Under the pieces are notes generated by a model. That model did no database searches and was not told the origin of the DNA. It saw only the letters and a program-made list of their open reading frames with translations. Position numbers and translations under genes: made by a program. 64,000 nucleotides of DNA from the NCBI RefSeq assembly GCF_009914755.1, contig NC_060936.1; one strand, given 5' to 3'. The stretch is from the human T2T-CHM13v2.0 reference genome, Homo sapiens. Below are positions 41,713 to 54,780 of this stretch, in pieces (position 1 is the stretch's first letter; each line of letters starts with the position of its first letter).

Positions 41713-43284
41713 GCTAGAATTTCCTTTTTAAAGAATGAATAGGCCAGCCACGGTGGCTCATGCCTGTAATCCCAGCACTTTGGGAGGCCGAGGCGGGCAG
41801 ATCACCTGAGGTCAGGAGGTCAGGACCAGCCTGGCCAACATGGTGAAACCCATCTCTACTAAAATACAAAATAAAAATTAGCCAGGCATAATGGCAGGTG
41901 CCTGTAATCCCAGCTACTCAGGAGGCTGAGACAGGAGAATCGCCTGAACCCGAGAGATGGTGTTGCTGTGAGCCGAGACTGCGCCACTGCACTCCAGCCT
42001 GGGAGCTGAACGAGACTCCGTCTCAAAAAAAAAAAAAAAAAAAAAATGAATAATATTTTATTGTATGTTCATGGCACATTTTCTGTATCCATTTACCTAT
42101 CAATAGACACTTAGATTTTTTATCTTGGCAATAGTAAATAATAGTTCAATGAAGAAGAGAGTACTAATATCTCTTTAAGATCTTGACTTCAATATAACCA
42201 GAAGTGAGATGGCTGGAGCATATGGTAATTCTTTTATACAATATTTTGAGAAGCCACCATAGTGTTTTTAATAGTGGCTGTACCATTTTTATATTCCCAT
42301 GAATAGCATACAAGGGTTCCAATTTCTCCACATCCTCACCAACACTTGTTATCTTTTGATTTTGACTAATAGTCATTTCAACAGTTGTAAAGTAATATTT
42401 CATTATGGTTTGAATTGTACTGGTACTTAGTGATGTTGAACATTTTTTTCATATATCTGTTGGTAATTTGTATGTCTTTGGAGAATTGTCTATTGAAGCC
42501 CTTTGTTTATTTTTTAGTTTAGTTGTGTGGGCTTTTTGTTTGTTTGGTTATTTTGTTCTTGCTGTTGAGTTATAGGAGATTCTTATATGTTTTGGATATT
42601 AATCCCTTACCAGATATATGGTTTTCCAACATCGTACCCATTGTGTAGGCTGTCTTTTTACTCTACTGAGTATTTCCTTTACTGTTAGAAGCTTTTTAGT
42701 TTGATATATTCCCACTTGTCTAATTTTATTTTATTGCTTGTGCTTTGGGGTTCATATCTAAATCATTGCCAATAAAAATGCCATAAAATTTTTCCCAAAG
42801 TTTTCTTCTAGGAGATTTATAGTTTCAGGTTTTACATTTAAGTCTTTAATCGACTTTGAATTAATTTTGGGGTATGGTGTAAGAAAAAGGTTCAGTTTCA
42901 TTCTTTCCATTGTGGGTATTCACTTTTCCCAACAGCATGCAACATGAATGAACTTGGAGATCATTATGCTAAGTGAAATAAGTCAGTCACAGAAGGACAA
43001 ATACTGCAAGGTTCCATGCATATGAAGTACCTAAAATAGTTGTACTCTCAGAAACAGAGAGTAGAGTGTTTTTTTCCAGGAGTTGGGGAAAGGGAAAATG
43101 AGGAATTGCTGTTTCACAGGTATATAGTTTAATATAGGCAAGATGAATCATTTCTAGAGATACACTGTCCAACATTTCGCTTATAATTAATGATACTGTA
43201 TTGTGCACTTAAAAATTTGTTGTGTAGGTAGATCTCATGCTAAATGTTCTTATTACAATAAGTAAATACACAATTAAATACAAT
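41713..43284 (+). mobile_element. 5'-inverted L1MA (antisense arm about 41713-42937, sense 3' end about 42938-43284)
   Basis: The two arms are contiguous in L1 coordinates (aaggaaattct / gcaacatgaatgaac); TSD aaaataagatgaagt at 41698-41712 and 43285-43299, after TT. Confidence 0.85.
41742..42046 (+). mobile_element. AluS inside the inverted L1 arm
   Basis: Full dimer with poly(A); TSD aatgaata. Confidence 0.94.
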
Positions 43285-43302
43285 AAAATAAGATGAAGTA
43301 TG

Positions 43303-44062
43303 GTACAGCCATTATGAACAACAGTATAGAGGTTTTTAAAAATAATAATAATAATAAAATTACCATATGACCCAGCAGTCTTGTCTTCTAGGTAAATATC
43401 CAAAGAAGATGAAATCGCTACCTTGTAAAGCTACCTGCATTTTCATGTTCATTGTATTATTCACAATAGCCTGGATATAGAAACAATCTAAATGCCCATT
43501 GACAGATGAATAAAGAAAAATGGTGTGTATGTGTGTGTGTCTGAGTGGGTCTGTGTGTAACAGGATATTATACAGCCTTTAAAAAGAAAGAGATTATGCC
43601 ATTTGCCACAACATGAATGTACTTGGAGGACATTATACTAAGTGAAGTAAGCCAGACAGAGAAAGAAAAATATCACATAATCTCGCTTATATGTGGAATA
43701 TATACATGAGCTCAAATACATGGAGATACAGAGGTAGATAGAAAATGAAAGTTTTTACCACAGGCTGGGCATGGGGAAAGAAATAGAGAGATGAAGATTG
43801 AAAGATACAAAATAGCAGGTATGTAGGATAAACAAATCTACAGATCTAATGTATAAAATGAGGACTAAAGTTAATAAAACAATTTCACTGGAGATTTTTG
43901 TTAAATAAATAGATTTTAACTTCTCTTGTCATTTAAAAACAGTAGTTATATGAGACGATAGATAGGTTAATCCACTTTACTATAGTAACCACCTTACTTT
44001 CTCTACATATTCCATAACATAATGTTATAAATCTCAAATATACACAATAACATTTATTTTAA
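43303..44062 (+). mobile_element. L1MA 3' fragment
   Basis: gtacagccattatgaaca...ggaggacattatactaagtgaag...caaatatacacaataa; flanked by aaaataagatgaagtatg and aaaataaagtgaagtatg. Confidence 0.85.
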
Positions 44063-45573
44063 AAAATAAAGTGAAGTATGAGAGACATGCTCTCCTGTTG
44101 GCCTAGAAGAAAATGGAACTTGTCATGAGTTCTACAGCTACAAAAAAATGAATTCTGCCAGAAAATTAAATGAATTTCAAGAGGTCCTCAAGTTGAAGAT
44201 AAGAATGCAGCCCCAGATAACACTTTGATTCCTAACAGTTTTATTTCAGCTGTATGAGAACTGAGCAGAAAATCCAGCCAATCTATGCCATGACTATTGA
44301 CCCATGGAAACTGTAAGATAGTAAATTTGTATTTTTTTTTTGCTACTAAGCTTGTAGAAATATGTTACACAGCAATATAAAACTGATCCACTCTCTTTTC
44401 TATAATTGAGTCCTTGTTTCTGTGGTGCCAGATTGCTAAGGGCAGTATTGCAGTATTGTCTGCCTGCAGTTGTTAAGGCTGCTGCTGCAGTTCTACACAT
44501 GTAAAAAGATCCCCTTGCCTGCATAAAAGTCACTCACCTATATACAAACTGCCACAAGCCTGTAACAAAGCCTTCATAAAGCAGGGTAAACTGGCACGCT
44601 CATAAGCCTATTTCCCCAGCCCTTATAAAAGTCGAAATTCAAAACAAACTCCCCAGCCTTCATAGTAAAAAAAACCAACTGCAAAACCAGAAACACAAAC
44701 TTTAAGAAACATGTAAGACTGCTGAAAAATCAAAGTCAAAAGCTACGACAGGTCCCACTTGCTAACCTAGGGCTTAAAAGAGCCATCAAAGCCCAACCTG
44801 AAGATTTCCAGACTTTGGGACATGTAGAAATTCCCAGGCCTAATAATATAGTCAGATAACAGATTTATAAAAATCCTGAAGATCAGAATGTCCTTTTTAA
44901 CCATGATTACTTTCATTTATAAGTGTGTGGCATGTGTGTTTGTCTGTGTCCCTATATGTGTGTGTGTGTGTAACTATGTTTTAGCAAACTCTTTAGGGGG
45001 AGAATAACCACAACATATGAAATCAGGCAATAACTTATAATCATGAGGCCAGATACCTTATTCACCATTTTAGTAGAACATCCATTAGATTTTAAATTGA
45101 CCACTACAGAAACTCACTGTTAGGCTAAATAACATAATTAATATTTCCTCCAATGCCAAACATAGTCCTTTTGGCATGTCAGACATTTGATTTATGTTTT
45201 TTTAATTTTTTATTTCTATAGGCTTTTGGGGAACAGGTGGTATTTGGTTACATGAGCAGGTTCTTCAGTGGTGATTTGTGAGATTTTGGTGTTCCCATAA
45301 CCCGAGCAGTATACACTGAACCCAATTTGTAGTCTTTTGTCCCTCACCTCCCTCCCATCCTTTTCCTGGAGTTCCCAAATCACATTGTATAATTCTTATG
45401 TTTTTGCATCCTCATAGCTTAGTTCTCAGTTATGAGTGAGAACATAGGATGTTTGGTTTTCCATTCCTGAGTTACTTCACTTCAAATAATAGTCTCCAGT
45501 TCCATCCAGGTTGCTGCAAATGCCATTAATTCATTCCTTTTTATGGCTGAGTAGTATTCTATTGTGTATATGT

Positions 45574-45576
<3 letters not shown>

Positions 45577-45621
<45 letters not shown>
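45577..45621. repeat. (TG)n microsatellite in the L1 3' region
   Basis: Direct reading. Confidence 0.95.
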
Positions 45622-45623
<2 letters not shown>

Positions 45624-45839
45624 CCCAAAATTTTTTCATCCACTCATTGATTGATAGGCATTCAGGCTGGTTCCATATTTTTGCAATTGCAAATTGTGCT
45701 GCTATAAACAGGCATGTGCAAGTATCTTTTTCATGTAATGACTTATTTTCCTCTGAGTAGATACCCAGTGGTGGGATTGCTGGATCAAATGGTAGTTGTA
45801 CTTTTAGTTCTTTAAGGAATCTCCACACAGTTTTCCATA

Positions 45840-46453
45840 GTCTGGGGTAAATACCCAAGATTCATTGTCTCATGACCATGGAAAACTAGGATGCAGACAC
45901 AAAGAGTGAGGCTCAGAGCAGAAGTTTAATAGGCAAAAGAAAGAGAAAAGCTCTCTCTGCTGCAGAGAGAGAAGTACTAGAGAAATGGGTTGCCAATTCC
46001 AGGGTGAAATGCAGGTTTTATAAATGCTTGAGGAGGCGGTGTCTGATTTACATAGGGTACAAAAGATTGGTCAGACCAGGCATGCCATTTGCATAGTGTG
46101 CAAAAAGCTGGCCATCCCCACCCTAATTTTTTATTATGCAGATGGCTTCTCTGCCTGACAAGCACGATGTTGCCCATTCCTTTACTGCGCACGTGGTGAC
46201 AAAGAAAAGGGAAGATGGAGCCTCCATATCGAACATGCCTGGCCATCAGGTAGCTCTTTTCTGTTAGCACAGCTGCTGGCATTCACCTGTGCAAGCTTCC
46301 AGCTTGCTTATCTACGTTTGCAGCTCGATTTTTCAGACTGCTCTTTGATAGAAAATAAATGATTCTGGAGCTACTTTTTTGTTAAAAGGGAAATTCCACT
46401 AAGGACTTTTTTACCCTCAGTCTCTGCCTAAATAATTTCTATCTCCTGTATCA
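45840..46453 (-). mobile_element. ERV1 (MER4-group) solo LTR inside the L1PB; subfamily uncertain
   Basis: Reverse complement starts TGATACAGGAGATAGAAATTATTTAGGCAGA and ends ggtatttaccccaga; L1 text resumes on both sides. Confidence 0.75.
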
Positions 46454-47936
46454 GTTGTACTATTTACATTCCCACCAGCAGTGTAGAAGTGTTCCCTTTT
46501 CACCACAACCACACAAACATCTATTATTTTTTGTTTTTGATTGTGGCCATTCTTGCAGGAGTAAGGTGGTATCACATTGTGTTTTTGATTTGCATTCTGC
46601 TGATCATTGGTGATGTTGAGCATTTTTTATATGTTCATTTGTCATTTGTATATCTTCTTTTGAGAATTGTCTACTCATGCCCTTAGCCCACTTTTTGAAG
46701 GGATTTTTTTTTCTTGCTAATTTGTCTGAGTTCATTGTAGATTCTGGATATTAATCCTTTGTCAAATGTGTAGATTGTGAAGATTTTCTCCCACTCTGTG
46801 GGTTGTCTATTTACTCTGCTGGCTGTTCCTTTTGCTGTGCAAAGCTCTTTAGTTTAATTAAGTCCCACCTATATATCTTTGTTTTTGTTGCATTTGCTTT
46901 TAGGCTCTTGGTCATGAAGTCTTTGCCTAAGCCAATATGTAGAAGGATTTTTTGGATATTATCTTCTAGAATTTTTATAGTTTCAGGTCTTAGATGTAAG
47001 TTCTTAATCCATTTTGAGTTGATTTTTGTATAAGAGATGAGGGTCCAGTTTTACTCTCCTACTGTGGCTTGCTGATTATCCCCAGCACCATTTGTTGAAT
47101 AGGGTGTCCTTTCTCCACTTTGTGTTTTTGTTTGCTTTGTCAAAGATCAGTTGGCTTTAATTATTTGCCTTTATTTCTGAGTTCTCTATTCTGTTCTATT
47201 GGTATAGGTGTCTATTTTTATACCAGTATCATGCTGTTTTGGTGACTATGTATAGTATAGTATATTGTACTTATAATATAGTTCATAGTTGGGTAATGTG
47301 ATACCTCCAGATTTGTTCTTTTTGCTTAGTCTTGTTTTGACTATGTGGGTTGTTTTTGGTTCCAAAAAAAATTTAGGACTGTTATTTCTAGTTCTGTGAC
47401 GAATGATTGTAGTATTTTGATGGGAATTGCACTGAATTTGTAGATTGTTTTTGGGAGTATGGTCATTTTCACAATATTGATTCTATCCATCCATGAGCAT
47501 GGGATGTGTTTCCATTTGTTTATGTCATCTATGATTTCTTTCAACAGTGTTTAGTAGTTTTCCTTGTAGAGGTCTTTCACCTCCTGGGTTAGGTATATTC
47601 CCAAGTTTTTTTTTGTTTTTTGTTTTTTGTTTTTTGCAGCTATTGTAAAAGGGGTTGAGTTATTGATTTGATTCTCAGGTTGGTTGCTGTTGGTGTCTAG
47701 CAGAGCTACTGATTTGTGTACATTAATTTTGTATCCTGAAACTTTGCTGAATTCATTTATGAGTTCTAGGAGCTTTTTGGAGGAGTCTTTAGGGTTTTCT
47801 AGGTATACAATCCTATCATCAGCAAACAGCAACAGTTTGACTTCCTCTTAATCTATTTGGATGCCCTTTATTTTTTTCTCTTCTCTAATTGCAATGGCTA
47901 GAACTTCTAGTACTATGTTGATTAGAAGTGGTGAGA

Positions 47937-48231
<295 letters not shown>

Positions 48232-51200
48232 TGAGAGTAGGCATCCTTGTCTTGTTTCAGTTCTCAGAGGGAATGCTTTCAACTTTTCCCTGTTCAGTAT
48301 TATTTTGGCTATGGGTTTGTCATAGATGGCTTACATTACCTTAAGCTATGTCCCTTCTATGCCAGTTTTGCTGGGGGTTCTAACCATTAATGGATGCTAG
48401 ATTTTGTCAAACGTGTTTTCTGCACCTATTGAGATGATCGTGTGCTTTTTGTTTTTAATTCTGTTTATGTGGCATATCACATTTATTGACTTGCATATGT
48501 TAAACCATCCCTGCATCCTGGTATGAAACCCACTTCATCATGGTGCATTATCTTTTTGATATGTTGTTAATATCTATGGCTAAGAGACCTGAAGACGGTT
48601 CACATCAAATTACTCTGTGCACAACCTCCCCTCCAAGTACCAGCCCAGAGCCTGGTAGCCCTGCCATGTGGCTAGATCCAGAAGAGAAATAGGAACCACT
48701 ACAGTTCAGCTCTCAGGAAGCCACATCTCTAGGAAAAGGGGGAGCATACTACATCAAGGTAGCACCCTGTGGGACAAAAGAATCTGAACAGCAGCCTTGA
48801 GCCCCAGATCTTCCCTATGACATAGCCTACCCAAAATGAGAAGAAACCAGAAAAACGATTCTGGTAATATGACAAAACAAGATTATTTAACAAATCCCCA
48901 AATCACACTAGCTCACCAGCAATGGATCCAGACCAAGAAGTAATCCCTGAATTGCCAGTAAAAGAATTCAGAAGGTTGATTATCAGCTAATCAAGGAGTC
49001 ACCAGAGAAAGGTGAAGCCCAACTTAAGGAAATAAAAAAAAAATGGTACAAGATATGAGGGGAGAAATCTTCAGTGAAATAGGTAGCGTAAACAAAAAAC
49101 TATCACAACTTCAGGAAACAAAGGACACACTTAGAGAAATGCAAAATGTACTGGAAAGTCTCAGCAATAGAATTGAACAAGCCAAAGAAAGAAATTCAGA
49201 GCTCGAAGACAAGTTTTCAAAATAACCCACATCAACAAAGACAAAGAAAAAAGAATAAATAAAAATGAACAAAGCCTCCAAGAAGTTTGGGAGTATGTTA
49301 AATGACTGAACATAAGAATAATTTTTTTTTTAATTTTTTTTTATTTTATTTTATTTTTTTTTAATTTTTTTTTTTAATTGTTCCTAAGAAGAGAAATCTA
49401 AAAGCTTGGAAAACATATTTGGGGGAATAATTGAGGAAAACTTCCCCAGCCTTTCTAGAGATCTAGATATCCAAATACAAGAAGGTCAAAGAATACCTGA
49501 GAAATTCATTGTAAAAAGATAATCACCCAGGCACATAGTCATCAGGTTATCTAAAGTCAAGATGAAGGAAAGAAACTTAAGACCCATGAGGCAAAAACAC
49601 CAGGTAATGTATGAAGGAAAACCTATAAGATTAACAGCAGGTATCTCAGCAGAAATGCCACAAACTAGAAGGGATATGAACCATACCTTCAGCCTCCTTA
49701 AAACAATTATCAGCCAGGAATTTAGTAGTCAGTGAAACTAAGCTTCATAAATGAAGAAAAGATGCAGTCTTTTTTAGACAAACAAATTCTGAGAGAATTT
49801 GACAGTATGAAGCAAGCACTACAAGAACTGCTAAAAGGAGCTCTACATCTTGAAACAAATCCTGGAAACACTTTACAACAGAACCTCTTTAAAGCATGAA
49901 TCTCACAGACCTCTACAATCAAAATACAATAAACGAATTTAAACGAATTTTTTAAAAACCCAACGTATTCAAGCAACAAACAGCACAATGGGTGGGACAG
50001 GACCTCATATCTAAATACTAACATTGAATTAAATGGCCTAAATGCTCCACTTCAAAGATACAGAATTGAAGAATGGATAAGAATTCACCAACCAACTATC
50101 TGCTGCCTTCAAAAGACTCACCTAACACATAAGGACTCACATAAACTTAAGGTAAAAGGATAGAAAAAGACATTCCATGCGAATGGACACCAAAAGCAAG
50201 CAGGAATAGCTATTCTTATACCAGACAAAACAACCTATAATGAAACAGCAGCTTAAAAAGACAAAGAAGAATATTATATAATGATAAAAGGCCTTGTCCA
50301 ACAGCAAAATATCACAATCCTCAATATATATGCACTTATCACTGGCACTCCCAAATTTATAAAACAATTACTACTAGACATAAGAAATGAGATAGACAGC
50401 AACACAATAATAGTGGGGGACTTCAATATTCCACTGACAGCACTAGACAGGTCATCAAGACAGAAAGTCAACAAGAAACAATGGACTTAAAGTATAACCT
50501 AGAACAAATGGACTTAATAGATATTTACAGAAAATTCTACCCAACAATCACAGAATATACATTCTATGCATCAGCACATGGAATATTCTCCAAGATAGAC
50601 CATATGATAGGCCACAAAACAAGTCTCAATAAATTTAAGAAAATTGAAATTATATCAAGTACTCTCTCAGATCTCAGTGGAAGAAAATTGGAAACCAACT
50701 ACAAAAGGAACCTTCAAAACCATACAAACACATGGAAATTAAACAGCCTGTTCCTGAATGATCATTGGGTCAACAATGAAATCAAGATGAAAATGTAAAA
50801 GTTCTTTGTACTGAACAATAATAGTGACACAACCTATCAAAACCTCTGGGACACAGCAAAGATGGTGTTAAGAGGAAAGTTCATAACCTTAAATGCCTTC
50901 ATCAAAAAGTCTGAAAGATCACAAATAGACAATCTAAGGTCACACCACAAGAAACTAGAGAAACAAGAACAAACCAAATGCAAGCCCAGCAGAAGAAATT
51001 AAGTAACCAAGATCAGAGCAGAACTAAATAAAATTGAAACAAACAAAAAAAATAAAGAAGATAAATAAAACAAAAAGGTGGTAACCATTAGCAAGATCAT
51101 TAGCAAGATTAACCAAGAAAAGAAGAAGATCCAAATAAGCTCAATTAGAAATGAAATGGAAGATATTACAACTGACACCACAGAAATACAAATGATAATT

Positions 51201-51814
51201 AAAGGCTACTGTGAACACCTTTATGCACATAAACTAGAAAACCAAGAGGAGATGGATAAATTCCTAGAAATATACAATCCTCCTAGCTTAAATCAGGAAG
51301 AGTTAGAAAGCCTGAACAGACCAATAACAAACAGAGATTAAAATTGTAATTTAAAAATTACCAAAAAAATAAGTCCAAGACAAGACAGATTCACAGCTGA
51401 ATTCTACCAGAGATTTAAAGAAGAATTGGTACCAATCATACTGACACTATTTCACAAGACAGAGAAAGAGGGAACCCTCCCTAAATCATTCTATGAAGCC
51501 AGTATCACCCTAATACCAAAGCCAGGACAGGACATAACAAAAAAAGAAAACTACAGACCAATATCCCTGATGAATATAAATGCAAAAATTCTTAACATAA
51601 TTTATGTTTTCACTTTAGTTAAATCACACCTATTCTTAAGGAAACCAACTGTAATATAATTTAGTCTGAAAATGATTAAGAAAAATGTTAAAATCTACAT
51701 AGTTTTTGATGAAAATCAATATATTATAGTACAAGTTGTTAAATTTGTTAAAATGGTTATTATATTTCTTAAGTAAATATGCAAATATAATAGAAAAAAA
51801 TCCTGATCATGACT

Positions 51815-51975
51815 GCATCAGTCAGGGTTCCATAGATGTATGGTAAGTAATCCATTTTCTCATTGAAGGAGTCAACTAAGCAAGTCCAGTAGCCATTGAT
51901 CAGGCTATCTAACAGAAGCTGAAACTCATGGGTGTGGACTGAAGCTGATGTCCATAGGCAGAATTTCTTCTTATT
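51815..51975 (-). mobile_element. MLT2-like LTR fragment
   Basis: tcagtcagggttc...ctgaagctgatgtccataggcagaatttcttctt. Confidence 0.45.
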
Positions 51976-52156
51976 GACTAAAACATTCTGAGGCAGTAAT
52001 TAAGTACATGATCACACAGAACCTCACCCTCTATAGATATTTGATTAGGGATATTCAATAGCATTATTTTGCATGTTTCTTTTACCACATTATGCCATGA
52101 AGTGCTGGTGTCCTTTTTAGCACTGAAAACTGAATCTTTAGTTACTTTCAGTCTAA

Positions 52157-52246
52157 TTAGATTAAAGAACTAATTCAGAAGTTTCATGCTTAAGAATCTA
52201 TTTAGATTAAAGAACTAATTCAGAAGATTCATGCTTAAGAATCTGT
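52157..52246. repeat. 45-bp tandem duplication, 2 copies, 2 mismatches
   Basis: ttagattaaagaactaattcagaag(t/a)ttcatgcttaagaatct(a/g)t twice. Confidence 0.95.
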
Positions 52247-52271
52247 TCTTTTGGAACCACTTTCAGCATGA

Positions 52272-52680
52272 AGATCTTTATTGCTGCTGTAACAAATTAT
52301 CACAAACTAGTGGCTGAAAACAATACACATTGTGTTACACCCTACAGGTGTGTAGGTCAGAAATTGGTATTACTGGGCTAAAATCAAGGTGTCAGCAGAG
52401 ATGTGTTCCTTGTCCTGCCATATACTCTAGGGGAGAATCTATTTCCTGGCTTATTCAGATGTTGCCAGTTTCAGTTCCATATGACTGTAAAACTACAGTC
52501 TCTTTTTCCTTGCTAGCTGTGTTGGCTAGAGGCTCTTCTTAACTCTTAGAGATTTCTCTTGGGTTCTTGAATGTAGACACCTACATCTCAGGACCAGTAA
52601 GTAACAGGACATTGAATCCACTTTATGCTACTATTTCTTTGCCTCACTTCCTGTCTTCCTCTTTTGCTTTCTAAGATTAC
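52272..52680 (-). mobile_element. MLT1-type LTR
   Basis: attgctgctgtaacaaattatcacaaact...gggctaaaatcaaggtgtcagcag. Confidence 0.75.
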
Positions 52681-52697
52681 CATTATTAATAGATTTC

Positions 52698-53932
52698 TTT
52701 CTTTCTTTCTTTCTTTTTTTTGTGAGCAACAGGGCTGTTTATTTCACCTGGGTGCAGGCGGGCTGAGTCTGAAAAGACAGTCAGCAAAAGGAGATAGGCG
52801 TGGGGCCGTTTTATAAGATTTGGGTAGGTAAAGGAAAATTACAGTCAAAGGGGGGTTGTTCTCTGGCGGGCAGGAGTGGAGGTCACAAGGTGCTCAGTAG
52901 GGGAGCTTTTGAGCCAGGATGAGCCAGGAGAAGGAATTTCACAAGATAATGTCATCAGTTAAGGCAGGAACAGGCCATTTTCACTTCTTTTGTGGTGGAA
53001 TGTCATCGGTTAAGGCAGGAACCGGCCATCTGGATGTGTACGTGCAGGTCACAGGGGATATGATGGCTTAGCTTGGGCTCAGAGGCCTGACATTCCTGTC
53101 TTCTTATATTAATAAGAAAAATAAAATGAAATAGTGGTAAAGTTTTGGGATGGCGAAAATTTTTGGTGGTGGTATGGAGAGAGAATGGGCGATGTTTCTC
53201 AGGGCTGCTTCAAGCGGGATTAGGGGCAGTGTGGGAACCTAGAGTCGGAGATATTAAGCTGAAGGAAGATTTTGTGGTAAGGGGCGATAATATGGGGTTG
53301 TTAGAAGAAACATTTGTCATTTAGAATTATTGGTGATGGCCTGGATACGGTTTTGTATGAATTGAAAAACTAAATGGAATAAGAGAAGGAGAAAAACAGG
53401 TATTAAAGGTCTAAGAATTGGGAAGACCCAGGACATCTAATTAGAGAGTGCCTAAGGAGATTCAGCATAGTCCTGCCAGCAAGGATGATTTATTTACTTT
53501 AAGAGTTAAGAGTGGCAGTTTGGGGATAGCACCAGGAGATATCAGCTGTGATGGCTTGGAGAAACAGTGTAAACCGGCAGTGTAAACAAGAGCAGACTCT
53601 TGGTATTCAGTGAAACCTTTATATCCCTTAGGGTCCTCAGTCTTCAGGAAAGGTAGAATGGACTAATGGTCTTTTAAAAACTCACCTTACCAAGCTCAGC
53701 CACCAACTTAAAAAGGACTGGACAATACTTCTACCACTTTCCCTTCTCAGAATTCAGGCCTTTCCTCAGAATGCTACAGGGTACAGCCCATTTGAGCTTC
53801 TGTATGGATGCTCCTTTTTATTAGGCCCCAGTCTCATTCCAGACACCAGACCAACTTGGACTGTACCCCAAAAAACTTGTCATCCCTACTATCTTCTGTC
53901 TAGTCATACTCCTATTCACCGTTCTCAACTAC
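52698..53932 (-). mobile_element. Processed HERV-H retrocopy: poly(A)-derived tail, LTR7 U3-R, 3' internal sequence and an inverted pol arm
   Basis: LTR7 at 52721-53092 (reverse complement TGTCAGGCCTCTGAGCCCAAG...AATAAACAGCCCTGTTGCTCACA) stops at the poly(A) site; T-rich tail 52698-52720; sense integrase arm 53596-53933; TSD taatagatttc at 52687-52697 and 53933-53943. Confidence 0.92.
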
Positions 53933-53943
53933 TAATAGATTTC

Positions 53944-54780
53944 ATTTTTAAAGAATCATTTTAGATTTACAGAGAAATTAGACAGCACAGGAACTTCCCA
54001 CGTAAGTTCTGCCCCCACATCTTCCCTGTCTACAGTCTCCCTTATTATGAACATCTTATGTTAGTATGGCCCATGTGGTATAATTAATAGACCTAAACTG
54101 ACACCTTATTATTAACTAAAGTCCATAGGTTATTCAGGTTTTCTTAGATTTCCCATTCCAGGATTCTATACAGGTTACCACAACAGATTTAATTGTCACA
54201 TCTCCTTAGGCTCCTGTTGGCTGTGACAGTTTCTCAGACATTCCTTATTTTTGATGACCTTGATAAGTTCAGGGAGTTTTGGTTAGATGCATTGTAAGAT
54301 GCTCTTCTATCGGAATTTGTCTGGCATTTTTCTTGGGATTTTACTGGTATTGTGGGTTTTAGCGGGGAATACCACAGTGATAACATACCATTTTTAATTA
54401 CATCATAACAAGAAAATATGCTATCAACATGATTTATGGCTATTCATCTTAACCTTGATCTTGTGGCTGAGACTGCACTTGTTAGATGCTTCCACTGTAA
54501 GTTACTCTTTTCCTCCTTTTCTCATACCTTAGTCTTTGGTATTAAACCTCCCATGTGCAGCCTATACATAATGAGTAGGGAGTTGTTGTCCCCCCTTAAG
54601 ACTGAAGTTTCTACATAATTAATTTGCAATTCTTTGCCATGGAAGATTTGTCTTCTCTTCCTCACTTATGAATTTATTAATCATTATTTTTTGTCAATAT
54701 GAACTCATTTATTTTATACTGTGAGTTACAATCTAATAATACTTTATTTTGCTTCTCAAATTTCTGCAGTTTGGGCTGGA
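53944..54780 (-). mobile_element. L1MC4/L1MD-type 3' UTR
   Basis: ttttagatttacagagaaatt...ctccttaggctcctgttggctgtgacagtttctcagac. Confidence 0.75.

Larger units (their letters stand above)
41502..44390 (+). mobile_element. MLT1D/E-type LTR split by two L1 insertions (LTR parts about 41502-41712 and 44063-44390)
   Basis: Start tgaggtaggcagaattctaagatg; end gttacacagcaatataaaactgatcca. Confidence 0.75.

Noticed and set aside
45840-46453. TSD and exact subfamily for the ERV1 solo LTR
   Set aside because: The left junction appears to have lost a few bases, so no TSD can be read; the subfamily cannot be assigned without a database.
48900-51599. L1 ORF1/ORF2 as an active element
   Set aside because: Many stops and frameshifts, an inversion through ORF2 and nested insertions.
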